A stretch of DNA of 64,000 bases. Source: Vicugna vicugna (lineage: Eukaryota). The notes under the pieces are model-generated. The model was not told where the DNA came from. It saw only the letters and a list, made by a program, of their open reading frames with translations, and did not search any database. Where the stretch lies: positions 2,452,244-2,516,243 of the forward strand of contig MU058252.1 of assembly GCA_013265495.1 (NCBI GenBank). Direction: 5' to 3'. Shown piece by piece: positions 1 to 12,300 of the stretch (position 1 is the first letter of the stretch; every line of letters begins with the position of its first letter). Made by a program: the position numbers and the translations under genes.

Positions 1-159
1 TTGCTGGGGGCTCCCAGACTCATCTCACGATTTATGTTGCCGACTAAGATGTTTCCTGTTGGTGTCACAAATAAGTAACTGCTGGTTTGCGTGTTCTGGA
101 GTTGATTGAATGCTAATTTATTCATCACTGCAGTGACAGGAAATATTTTTAAATCTTTC

Positions 160-283
160 TAATAGGGGGAGGTAATTTTAGGCTTATTTATTGGTTTTTT
201 TTTTTTAAAACAGAGGTACTGGGGATTGAACCCAGGACCTTGTGCATGCTAGGCATGCACTCTACCACTGAGCTACACCCTCC
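160..283 (-). mobile_element. tRNA-derived SINE, camelid Vic-1 type
   Basis: Reverse complement reads GGAGGGTGTAGCTCAGTGGTAGAGTGCATGCCTAGCATGCACAAGGTCCTGGGTTCAATCCCCAGTACCTC (A and B boxes), followed by an A-rich tail. Confidence 0.85.
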
Positions 284-359
284 TGATAAAAAATATTTAG
301 ATAACACAGCACCTGTGGTGAAGGAACTCCTCTGACCCTAATGACATGCCAAGCAAACT

Positions 360-803
360 TGTTATGGTGGAGCTGCGTCCGCCCCAGATCCACGTGTTGA
401 AGCCTTAACCGCTACATCTCAGAGTGTGGCCTTGTTGGGAAAGAGGGTCATTAGCGGATGTAACTAGTTAAGATGGGGTCACGCCGGCGCAGGTGGGCCT
501 TTAATCCGACATGACTGGTGTCCTTGTAAAAAGGGGACATTTGAGCCCAGGCCCCTGGGGGCAGCGGCACATGAAGGCGAGGGCAGAGGGCAGGCTGGTG
601 TGTGACAAGCGCAGCTTCATCGGAGGTTTCCAGGAAACCACCGGAAGCCTGGAGAGAGGCCGGGACGGCTTCTCTCTCGCAGCCTCAGAGGGACCCAACC
701 CTGTTGCCACTTTGATTTGAGACTTTTGGTCTCCAGAATGAAGAAAATGACTTTCTGTTGTCTAAAGTGCCCAGTTTGTTACAGCAACTCCAAAAAGATA
801 ATA
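360..803 (+). mobile_element. MaLR solo LTR (MLT1B/C-like)
   Basis: Typical MLT1 motifs: gttgaagccttaacc, ttaatccgacatgactggtgtccttgtaaaaagggg, gcctcagagggacccaaccctg, ttgttacagcaac. Confidence 0.85.
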
Positions 804-2204
804 TAGTATTTGAGAAAAACTGAAGAAGCAAGGCAGAGTAGAACTTGTGTATTGAACGAATATTAGGATATTCATAAATACAAGGAGTAAGAAAGGTTAG
901 GGGTTGGCATGACTCTGGAAAAGCCTCAGAGAACAACTGAGCAGAATTTGTAAGGGAGGATGGGGTGGGTCTGGGAAGGTAATGGCGAGACACAGAGAAT
1001 CAGTTCTCTTAGGACTTACTCCGGGTGGCGGGGGTGCCACACGCCCTCCCAGGTGACGGGACCGCGATCCAATTTTGCACAACACAGAAATGTAGCCTTT
1101 CGCCAGGAGGGGTTTGAGGATTTGGAAACGAGCCCCCTCTGAAGGGGTTTCCAGGGAGGAGGTCACCTGGCTGCTCCGGCCAGCGGTTCGATAGGGTCTC
1201 TTGGCAGCCAGCTCCCCGCGGTATTTCTCGTCTGGGGTGTGGGAGGGGGTCAGATCTCTGTGACTGTAAAACTGCCATCATGTGAAAACAAAGCCAGCCC
1301 TGAGCCGACTGCTCGGCAGAGAACCCCACCCACACCTGCTCACCTGGGGCAGCTTCCGTGCCTTTAACCTCCCGAGCTCGCGCCCCAGCACAGCCGGGAC
1401 CGCGTTTCCTCCGCGCCCAGCGGCCGGGCTTTCTCTCCGGAGATGCCCCCCGAGCCTCTGTCCTGCGTCCTGACCCGCCCCCGGGCGTGCTCCAGAGGGG
1501 CTTACGTGTTATGACTTAGACGGACAAGCCATCCAGTTCCACCCCGGGTCCCACGAGTGAAAAGAGCCAGTTCCCTGGAGACTTACCTTCCCAGGGGGCG
1601 TCGCCTCGACTCCTTGATTTCCTATAGGATGAAATTATAAACAATTTATTGAAAGGATCATTTCAGAAGCCCGATAGAGTCAGGCAAAATGACACATTTA
1701 AGCCTAGAGAGCCAGTAATTTGGAACCACACAGCACTTCTGATAATACCTAATTAGTCACTGAGCTGCCCTGGGTCAGGGGGGCCCCACGGGTCAGCTGA
1801 GCTGCCTGGGGTCAGGAAGGGGTGTGTGGAAGGAGTGGATCACAGGGAACAGATCACTTTTTAAATTAGACAAACCTGGGCTGGGTTCCTGTTTCCTAAA
1901 CTAACTGATTGGAAAAAAAAAATCTAACTTTTAAAAATTTCAATTTCCTCATTTATGAAATGAGACTGCTGAGAGCTGCCATGAGATTCAAACGCTGTGT
2001 CCACACAGGCTGTGAGTGACTGTCCTCCAGGCCTGTCCCCGGGCCCCCTGGTCTCTGCCCTCCCACCCCACCACCTTGCTGCACCAGGAGCAGGCCTGGC
2101 CCGCGGAAGCCCAGATGTCCCAGGGCCTCTGTCACCTCCTGCGCCGGAACCTTGACAGGAGACGGGGGAAGGGTGGCTCGGCGTTGTTTTGTTTCTGCTT
2201 TGTT

Positions 2205-2895
2205 CTGGTAACACCTTTATTGAAATATAGTTTACATATCAGACAACTCAACCTATAAAAAAAAAAGAGCTCAGATTTAGGTCCAGACAACCTGGTTCAC
2301 ATCCTGGCCTTGCTACTTCATTGCATCATTTGGGGCAAATGACTTACCCTCAGCTCGCTTTCTTCACTCCGCCTCGGTTTCCTCGGCCATAAACGGGCAC
2401 CATCCTGTGGTACCTACCTTGTGGGGTGGTCGTGAGGATGACAGGAGATCGTTCAGGTAAAAGGCTTAGGGAACTATTTGCAGATACAGCTGTTCTCCAT
2501 TGTGATTGTGAAGGATGTTAATTGCAGATGATGGACGACTCTGGCCAAGAAGTTTACCAAACAGGCGGTGGTGGGGTTCCCAGAAAGAGAGGAGCCAAGT
2601 GTGTAACGCGGTGTCCTTTAGCACATGCAGAGTGTGCAGCCACTACCACCATCCGCTTTAGAGCACCTTCATCACCCCCAAAACCTCTGCCCATTAATAG
2701 CCACTCCCCAGCCCCTGGCAACCACTCGCCTCCTCTCTGTCTCTGCGGACTTGCCAGTTCCGGGCCCCTCATGTAAACTGAGTCATACAGCATGGCCTCC
2801 GTGTCCGCTCCTCTCGCTCAGCGAGACCTTTCCAGGGCTCACCCACGTCCCAGCCCGCACGGTGCTTCCTTCCTCGCCGCTGCTGAGGGACAACA
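2205..2895 (-). mobile_element. L1MB-type 3' UTR fragment, split by a ~340-bp insert (2257-2596)
   Basis: acacctttattgaaatatagtttacatatc...aacctataaa continues as aagtgtgtaac...ttcatcacccccaaaa...cagcccctggcaaccact, collinear with the L1MB 3' end. Confidence 0.75.
2262..2510 (+). mobile_element. MIR SINE within the insert
   Basis: cagacaacctggttcacatcctggcc, ttggggcaaatgacttaccctc, gcctcggtttcctc, gtacctaccttgtggggtggtcgtgaggat resemble the MIR core. Confidence 0.7.
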
Positions 2896-3024
2896 CAAGG
2901 TTTTAAACTCCCCTTTCCATGCGGTTACTTCCCCCAGTGTGCTTTGCCCTGGTTGCTGGGCCAAGAGCTAGAAAATTCTTTTCCTGCTTTTTTTTTCTTT
3001 GCTCCACATGGAGACCAACCCTAA

Positions 3025-3250
3025 GTGGGGACTGTGGAGCCAGGCTGCCTGGGTTTGCATTTGCTGCTTACAGGGCGCACAACTGGGTGACCGCTGTCTC
3101 CTCCTCTCAGTCTTCTTATCTTTAAAATGGGCTTAGGGGGTTGGGTAGTAGCTCCTTTTAAGGGGTGAGAGGGACCTGGAGGGAGAGACGGCCTTTCTTC
3201 TCGCTGAGCCATCGCGCTGGCCGGCGGGGTGGTGCACAGTCAGCCTGCGT
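3025..3250 (+). mobile_element. MIR SINE, degraded
   Basis: actgtggagccaggctgcctgggttt...ctcagtcttcttatctttaaaatggg. Confidence 0.6.
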
Positions 3251-3796
3251 GTTCTCCGTGCCCATCCTTCCTGTGGGTTCAGGAGGGACTCTGCGTGTCC
3301 CTGGAGGAGGGAGACGTGTGGCCGTCGGTGTCTCCCTGACGTCCGTGCTGGTGGACGGTACTGGTGTGGTTGGCATCGCTGATTTCCACAAAGGCCTCGC
3401 AGCCAAGAAGATGGAAGGAGCTCGGGCCTTCAAGAGAGGAAGCCAGCACAGGGCCACGCTCCTCCAGGACGGAGAACTCCTCAGCCCCGCCCCGGCCCAG
3501 AGTGGGGTCCCCGCTGCTCAGCCCCAGTGCTCCCGATACCTGCCCGGCCTCATACATTTACAGACCTCCAGACTCATTCCCACTGAGGTTCAGATGACTG
3601 GCGATGACTTAAAATATTACAGCTGGGCGGGAGGGAGGGGTGGCAGGGCTGTCCCTGACACAAAGCTATGTGTGACACTGGAGCAGAATTTCAGGTGGCA
3701 GCTGGGAGTTGGGAGGGGTCTGGCTTGGCGGCAGGTTTCTCCCTGCAGCCCTTGTCACCTGCCCTTCACACAGTTGGCTTTTAGAGTGCACACCTG

Positions 3797-4316
3797 TGTT
3801 GACTGGAAAAAAAAAAGCACAACCTGGAAGTTGAGAATTGTGCTTTATCTGGCAGGTTTCCTGAGGACTTAGGCCTGGGAGGCAGTGTCTCAGGTCGCTC
3901 TGAGGGACTGCTCCGAAGACACACGGGAGGAGCCAGGATATATAGGCACTTTTGCAACAAAGACCAGGTAGTCAAAACGTCAAAAGATGACTGTTAACTA
4001 ACGAAAACCAGACATCTCAGGTTAAGGAATTTAGCGCTTTCCTGTGTACGGGGAGATGCCAAATTCTGGGCTCATTGAAATCACTCCTTTGATCTGCAGC
4101 TAGCTGTCTAGGGCCATGTCCTGTGCTTTCCCAGCCTGAGTCCCCTTCGGGGGCACCACTGGGTGGCTGCAGTGGCTGAGGGCTGGGCAATGGCAGCCCA
4201 TTTGTCTGCGTCCTGAGTTCCCTCTGGCTCACCGTCGGGGGCGGCTGCAGTGGGATGACTTGATGGTTGCAACATCCTTTGTTTACTGATAGGACAGGCA
4301 GTGTTTTTCATTCACA
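3797..4316 (-). mobile_element. ERV1-class solo LTR (MER41-like cetartiodactyl family; name tentative), copy 1
   Basis: TG...CA termini, 4-bp TSD CCTG (3793-3796 and 4317-4320), minus-strand TATA (cctatatatcc). Homologous along its whole length to 7114-7620. Confidence 0.85.
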
Positions 4317-4920
4317 CCTGGGAGTTGTCAGGACATCTTGAACGCTTCCCTCTCCGTGTCTTAGTTCACGTGGTGGAACACAGACAGGTTCATCGGGAGT
4401 AGAATGAAGGGGAAAATTAACCAAACCACCTCAAGGTAACATCGTTGACAGTTTTCAGTGGCCAGTTCAACTCTTGATAGAAAAAGCCCTTGACACGAAA
4501 TCCCAGATATGGGGAAGGAGGGTGTGCCTTCACCCTTTGTGTCTGTCTCCTTGGAATCGGATTTGTGCTGCAAGTGGTCCATCCTGGCTCTGCTGGGCTT
4601 GGAAAGGGGCCGTGTTAGTGACGGCACATCTACAGCCAGGCACCCAGTCACTTTCTGACCTGAACTTGGACCCAATTTACTGCCCTGTCTGGACTCAGCC
4701 TCTCCTGCTCCATCATCACCCAGGAGTCAGACAGGTCATAGTTCTCCTAAAACCCCCATCTTCATTCTTCTTTTCTCTGTTCTCTCTTCTCCTTGTGGCC
4801 AAGTGGCTGTGGTCAAACTTCACATCATACAATAGGGGTCAGTGTGGTCCTGGCCCAGCAGACACCTCAGGGCTCCGTCCTCCCACGAGGGAATCACAAG
4901 AGAAATAAAAGCCCTGGGTT

Positions 4921-5222
4921 GAGGGGAAAGGGGAAAGTGGAGGGATAAAGTAGGAGTTTGGGATTTGTAGACACACACTACTGTATATAAAAGAGATAAA
5001 CAACACGGTCCTACTGTGCAGCCCAGGGAACTCTATTCAATACCTTGAAATGACCTATAATGAAAAAGAATATGAAAAGGAATATATATATATATATATA
5101 GATATTTACATATATGTATGCACAGCCTGAAAGTTGAGAATGATTTTATATATATAATTTTATATAAATCACTGTGCTGTGCACCAGAAATTAACACAAC
5201 ATTGTAAATCAACTATACTTCA
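4921..5222 (+). mobile_element. Artiodactyl/camelid L1 3' end with (TA)n
   Basis: agggataaagtaggagtttgggatt...cagggaactctattcaatacc...aacacaacattgtaaatcaactatacttca. Confidence 0.85.
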
Positions 5223-5924
5223 GGTGAAGCAAAGGCTTTGGGTTGGTGGCAGAGGACCCTCACTATGCACTGAAATGGTGCCTTGTAGCAAAGCAGCCGG
5301 ATCCATGTTTAGGAAGCCCCAGGGAGCCCACAGGCTCAGTGAAGGGCAGGGAGGCTGGTCAGAGATGTAACTGTTAAAACAGAGGGGACGGGGCTTGTCT
5401 GAGGGGTCTTCTAGTGCAGGGTGGATGGTGAGCAGCCACCACCCTCGGAAGCTCCTGTCTGAAAATCCCAGGGACACTCTCGATGGCCTTTCCCCTCTAA
5501 GTGGGAGCTAAACCTTCACGCGGACACGAACGCTGTCTGCAAGATCCATTTTCTCACCAAGAGGTGTGACTTGGTGATTTTAATAGCACCATCTGTCAGG
5601 GAGGGAGAGTGCAAAGTTACCATATTGATCTTGGCACTTTGGGGAACAGTTTGATATTTGGGATTGTAAATGGCATTTTTCGTTTGCTCTGTTAGTGCAT
5701 TCAGGTTGTGCATGATGGCTCAGCCCCAGAACATCATTTCATATCAAGTATGAAGATGAGTGCTTTTCCTGAGGTCTGAGTCCTGAATTCTGAAATACTA
5801 TTGACACATCTTAAAGAGTATGACTTACTCTGAAACCATAACAATTCAAAGGAGGTGTAAAAATGGTCTCTTTCTGAATGAAGCAGAGGGAAGTAGGAGG
5901 TGACAGTAGCAGAACTGGGTGACA

Positions 5925-6400
5925 TTTATGAAGCCCTACCTTTATGTCAGGTTGCAGCGTCTGATTTAAGCCTCATGGCAGCCCAGTAAGGAAGTACCAC
6001 TACTGTCACTTGAACACACCAAAGCAAAGCAAGGAGCCTGCTGCCCTGCGACTGCTGAAGGCAGAGCTGGGGCTTGAACCCAGGCACACTGGCTCGAGAA
6101 CCCATACTGTGAGCCACTGCTCCCTGTTTACACCTAACATGCATATGGACATTCTTATGCTTTCAGTATCTTCAGTATTTCATTTCACTATATGCTTTTT
6201 TTTCCCCATCTCCCTTGATTTTTACAAAAATCCTTTGAAAAGCACAGGGTAAATATTATCCTCATCTTCCAAGTTAAAAACCTGCAGCCCAGAGATGGCA
6301 AAGGAGATAGTAAAGGATTTTTCCAATGCCATATTGTAGTTAACGGCAGGCTGGGATGCCGATGTAGATTGCGTCACTCGAATTCATGTATCTCTTTGGT
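5925..6400 (-). mobile_element. Two degraded MIR SINEs (~5925-6125 and ~6215-6400)
   Basis: gcagagctggggcttgaacccaggc; attatcctcatcttccaagtt...agcccagagatggcaaag. Confidence 0.55.
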
Positions 6401-7113
6401 CTGAGCAATGCAAGACTCTTACCATTATTGCCCTTCCTGGGAGCCATGAGGGTTGCATTTCAAAGATAAGTTGTGCGTTTCTCTGGATGATGGGGCTGCT
6501 GGGGGAAATAAGTGCGGGAGGTCCTTGCTCACAAGCTCTGGATGAGCGTGTTAATTGAGCTCCTTTTTGGGGGCAGGGGGAGGGGGTGCGGGCAGGGTAA
6601 CTGAAGCCTCTTCACCTGCCTCTTCCCAAGCATGATGCTCAGACTCACCACCTCGTGGGACTGAGCCTGAGGTCTGTTCCCTGGACCAACTGTTTTCCCC
6701 TGGGGAGTATCTCGTTCCACACGTGGAATCGAGGCTCCGTGTTTTCAAGAGAAACCACAAAGCTGCCCCACACACTTGCCTTTCTGGTGTCATGGTGCCT
6801 CATCTCTTCTTCATATATGCATTTTTGTTGTGGTGCCAAATATTCCAAAACTCCATTTAGTGTTCATTTATCTCATAGATTTTAAAAGAGGACAGATCAG
6901 CGCTGGTATTTTCATCCCTATGTTTAGCTGAGTTTATGTCCAATGATGTAATTCTAGTAATATTTTAAGACCTGCCCTGCAAAGATGCTCGTTGTCATCA
7001 CTGAATGCCACTCTTTAGAAGGCGTTTGTTCCGTACATCAAGCAGCGAGGATGAAATAATCTGCGCTTCCTTTAGCTGGGCAAGCCTGCTAGCTGTGCAC
7101 GCTGGTTTCATCT

Positions 7114-7620
7114 TGTCGACTGAAATAAAATGCAAAGCCTAAAAGTTGAGGGTTATGTTTTATCAGCGGACATTTCTGAGGACTCGAGCCCGGGAGGAGA
7201 GCCTCGCAGATCACTCTGAGGGACGGCGCCAAAGAGGTAGGGGAGGAGCCAGGACATAGAGGAGTTTCTACAACAAAAACCAGGTAGTCAGAACATCAAA
7301 AGATGACTGTCAGTGAAAGAAAACCAGATAGCTCAAGCTAAGGAATTCAGAGCTTTCCTATATTTGGGAAGGTGCAAAGGTCTGGGCTCATTGAAGTCAT
7401 TCCTTTGATGTGCACCTTAACTCTCCAGGGCCAGTGTCCTGTTCTCTCCCATCCTGAGTCCCATCAGGGGGCACCACTGGGGTGGCAGCAGAGGCTAGGC
7501 TGCCTGCTTGTCTCCATCCTGAGGCCACCGCTGCTCACTGTCGGGAGCAGTAGCGGCTGATGACTTACTGGCCGCAGCATCCTTTGTTTACTGATACGGC
7601 TGCAGTAGTTTCCATTCACA
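7114..7620 (-). mobile_element. ERV1-class solo LTR (MER41-like), copy 2
   Basis: TG...CA termini and its own 4-bp TSD ATCT (7110-7113 and 7621-7624). Same family as 3797-4316. Confidence 0.85.
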
Positions 7621-9329
7621 ATCTGAATATAATCCAGAGGCATTTACAGGTAGTGAATTTTCCTTCTGCATTAAGAACAGGAACAGAAAACGACCAATAA
7701 GATCTCCAGCTTCCAACCTGTGCTTCCCCCAAGGCAAGATGGCATAGAGTGAAATATTTGCTAGAATATTAGAAAATTCTGTCTCCTGTAAAATCATTCA
7801 GTGTTGAAGTGTAAGCTAGAGGTGTTCACATCCTGTGTCCCTCGTGTTGACTGTGGATACTGTTTGGTATGAGCGTTCCCTCTGTGTCCTGAGACTCAGG
7901 TGACAGCCGCGTGGGGTAAGGATCCGACCTGATATTCATGTTCAATTTTCCACCTGATTTCTTTAGGGACTAATTCTGTTTCCTCAAGTGCTGCTAATTT
8001 GTGTAATGATTATTCCAATATTTTCTCACTAGCAAATCAACAATGACAGTTGTTTAATTGCTGTCAGTGGATTTTATGCATGATGGACAGTGAGTTCCAA
8101 CCATTCAATTAATTTGAAATGGGCAATATTTCCATCTTGAAAAGATGTCACATATTTGGTATTTCCACATTGTACTGGGCCTTGACCAATATATCTTTGG
8201 GTAAAAGGCTGTGACTTGAACAAATTCCGCCCAAGAGCCACAGGCCAGCTCGTTCTCAGGTCATTACTGAATTTGTTGGTAGTGTACTGGGAAGTTTCAT
8301 TGATACAGATGTGAGTTAAAATTTCCTTTTTTATAGTTTAAGCACATACTGCTTTGCACCACTGGTGGGACACAAAGAGAACATATTACAACAGGACAGG
8401 TAATTCAATGAGCTTATTTATATATACAAGTTGTCTTTTTGTCCATTGGAGAAAACATTCATATTCATAATTCTATTTTCTTTTAAAATATGATTAATAC
8501 ATGTGCCTCCCTGCCTTCCCCTATTTTATCACAAACATCTGTGTTTTTAAGTATCCCAAAAAAAGCCTTCCTCATTCATCTTTATCCATTAATTCATTCC
8601 TCCTCAATATTCTATTACTTTTAACTCAATATTACATTCCTGGCAGGTGATTATCACATATTCTACTTTATTTTTCTCAAGAGGAAACATTATGTTTAAC
8701 CTGCTTGTAATGCTAGGTTTCAAGTTTAAAAAAAAATCTGATGACTGAAAACGTCTGTCTCAAAACTAAAGAAAGGAGCCCTTTGTCCCATTTCTCTACA
8801 ACATAACATTGGACCCTCCCTGTATTCCTGCCACACACACATTCGACACCATTTATCTTCCAGAATTTGCAGAGAACGGAGTTTCTGATAGATATTCATT
8901 AAATTCTTTTTGCTTGATTTCTTGTTTTTTTAACCTTGAAAAGGGGAAGACAGTCAACTGAACAAAGGAAGCCGCTCTTCAGAGGTTCAGAAGTCTCTCT
9001 TGACTCTTCAGTCTTTGTGTTTCATCCCTTAGAATCTGCTACCTTTTCCCTCTTTGAGAAGTTCTCTGAATCAACGAAGGGGCGCATTATTTCGGCATCC
9101 CCTCCAGACTGAAACCTTTGAAATATGATCCAGACCTGTCACCTGCTCTGTCTGACTTGGATGACAGGGCCATGTAAGCACCCTGGAGCATGCATCTTGA
9201 CTTCACTCAGGTTTTGTGAAGTTCCCAGTACATCCATAGAGCTCCATGAATAACAAATAGTGTGACACAGAGACCGAGCTGAATGCTGACTTTAGCATCT
9301 AGTCTCTGGTGACACTAGCTTTAAGAAGC

Positions 9330-12300
9330 ATATGTGCATATGCCTGTTCACTTGGGCTAGTGCATAAAAGCAGCCAGTGATCCTTCCTTCTAGCTGCGAT
9401 AGGGCAACTTACATCTAACACTCTTTGCTGGCATAAATGACTGTAAAACCAGTAAAATGTGTAAGGCAGCTGTTCTAAGGAACTGAACCACAGGCAGCAC
9501 AGAGCCAAAACCCTTGAGAGAAAGGAAGCATAAGGGGTGAGACTCACGGCTGCCCTAGCTCGCTGCCCGGAGCACCTTCCTGCAGAGGCACAGGAAGGTG
9601 GGCCTCCAGCAGAACTGTGGCCTCACTGACCTGAGAAGGAGAAGGAGATTGGACTTCTTGCCTGAGAAGCAGCTGGAATTTGTGGAGCAGGGTACCAGAG
9701 AGGAGGAAGCTGTGCAGAGGGGTTGCCAGAAGTCTTGGTGAGGACTCACCACAGCCTCTTGGCTGAAGGCTGGGATGCCTATACCCGTGGCCTGGCCGTG
9801 ATTACCTGCTGCAAGTTTGGGAACGAGTGAAGGTATGAGAGGTCATGATTGCTGGGGACATTTGACCTCCAGCCCAGCCAGAATGAGGAGACCTCACTGA
9901 GCATCACAGGCTTTGGTGGAAAGCTCAGAAAGTCCACACCTGAAAAGTAAAAATCATAGCTTAGAATAAGGGCCTCACCATGGACTACGTTCTTGTCTAA
10001 CAAAGAAAATATGAAACCTGCCAGGACCAAAATAACCCACTGGTAGTTCTCCTGCTGCCTGCACAAAGCTCAACACACTTGTAAGTTAAGATGACGCGAC
10101 TTAGAGTCCCTGAGACGTTTCATCCATAGTATCCAGCATAGAAAGTTTAGAATGATTAGCAAGTTGTAAAGAAGTACAGATAGCTGACTCATGAGCAAGG
10201 AAAATAGCTGTCAATAGAAACAAACCCTGAGATGACCTTGATGTTGGAATTTTCAGACAAGGACTTTAAAATAGGTGTTATAAATATATTCAAGAAGTTA
10301 AAGGAAAACATGGTCATAATGGGTGACAAATCTTCAAAGCATCGTTCTATGTAGGGACATAATGATCCAATTAACAGTTAATTTCTTTTCAGAAGATGAT
10401 ATAATAACATTTGAGAGTGCTGAAAGGAAAAAAACAAACAAAACCCTTCTTAACCCTAAATCCTATCTCAAGCAAAAATATCCTTCGACATTGAGTGTAA
10501 AATAGAAATGAAAACTGAGAGAATTGGGAGCCAGCAGACTCACCCTACCTGGTATATCACAGGAAGTTTTCAGGTTCATGGAAAATGAGGCCAGAAAACT
10601 ATTTGCAGGATGAAATGAAGACATCAAACTAGTAAATATGTGAGAAAATATAGAACACAATATGTGGCTTGTCTCTTGATTTCCTCAAAAGGTAACTGAC
10701 TATAAAATGTATGGCAATTATAGCATAAAGGATATGGAATTAAACGGAGTTAAATTGTTAAAAAATTATAATGTGAATTGGTGTAATATTGACTTTATAC
10801 AGACTGGTAAAATGAGGATGCACATTGTAATCCATGAAGGAACAAACAAAAAAATAATACAAAGAGGTATGCCCATAAAGCCAATAGGGCATTAGAAGTG
10901 GAATACCAGAAACATTTGATCAACGCCAAAGAAAGCAGAAAAGAAGAAACAGAGAAACAAATACTGAACAGAACACAGGAATATATCTAGATGGTAAACG
11001 TACAACTAAACTTACCAATAATTACATTAAACGCAGATGGATTAAACACCCCGATTGAAAGATAGATATTATCATACTGGATTTTTAAAAAATCAAGACC
11101 TAACACTATGCTATCAACAAGGGGTTCACTTTGAACAGGAGAGAATGGTAAAAAATACACCTTGAAAACAGTAAACATAAAACAGTGGCTGTGTCTATAT
11201 TAATAGCAGACAAGGTAGAGTTCAGGACAGAGAATATTACTGAAGACCAAGACAGATATTTGATAATAATAAAACTGTTAACTTAACAGGAAGGCATAAG
11301 AATAATAAACGTGCATGTATCAAGCAACAAAGTTTTAAAGTACATGAAGTAAAAAGCTGATAGAATTAAAAGGATCAGTGGATAAATCCACAAATTGTTG
11401 GAGATTCTAACATCCCTTGTTCAGTAGTGGATAGAATAATTAGGCATAATTTCAGGTACATTATTAGTTATCTAGCTCTAACTGCCATTTATAGGACATA
11501 GCCCAACAACCACAGAATAAACATTCTTTTAAAGTACAAGTAGAATTCACATTGTGTGGAGCCATCACATGTCTTTAAAGAAATCAAAAGATTAAATCTT
11601 ATAGAGCATATTCTTTGACCACAGACAATTAAATTAGAAATCAAAACCAATAAGATATTTCTTAAAAGTGCAAAATGTTTAGAAAATAAATAATACTCCC
11701 TTTAAATTTTATTTAAATTTATTAAATATTTTAAGCTAAATGACAATAAAAACATATATATCAAAGCTTTAGGTATGTAGCTAAAGTAGTGCTTGGTGGG
11801 AAATTTATAGCTTTAAAGGTTTATATTAGAAAAAAAGTTGATAAAATCAATAATCTAAATCTCCTTCAGGAAATCAGAAAAAGTGCAAATGAACCTCAAG
11901 TTAAGTAGAAAGATGGAAATAATACATTAAAAATAATAAAATAGAAAACTGACAAATAATAGAGACAACTTTACATAAATGAGAAGAATCAATAATGCTA
12001 AAATGTCTGTTATCCCAGACTGATTTATGGATTTAACAAAAGCTCAATGAAAATTTCAACCAGAGAGTAGAAGCTGACAAGTGTAGGAATTCCAAGGACC
12101 TAGAATAGCTGACACAACTGGGAAAAAGAAGTACATATTTTAAAAATTCCTATTAGCTGTTTTCAAGATTAGCATAGAGTTACAGCAATAGAGTGTGGTG
12201 TTAGCACAAAGAAAGTGGAACTTACTTGTGGAGAATCCAAAATTAGATACATGCGTGTACAACCAATTATGGCCAAAGGTGGCTTTAACCCCTACCTCTC

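Noticed and set aside
211..283. tRNA gene-like sequences (also ~30770-30843 and ~32143-32217)
   Set aside because: A-rich tails, TSD-like flanks and mutual divergence identify them as SINEs.
1580..1606. U1 snRNA-like 5' fragment (ACTTACCT..CAGGGG)
   Set aside because: The similarity stops after about 20 nt and is better explained as the reverse complement of a donor motif, or chance.
3165..3872. 235-aa ORF
   Set aside because: Non-ATG start, no recognisable domain; it runs from a MIR into an LTR. Long ORFs are expected by chance in GC-rich DNA.
3797..7620. Possible LTR-int-LTR provirus
   Set aside because: Each LTR has its own distinct TSD, and the interval holds L1/MIR and unique DNA with no PBS or gag/pol remnants that I can see.
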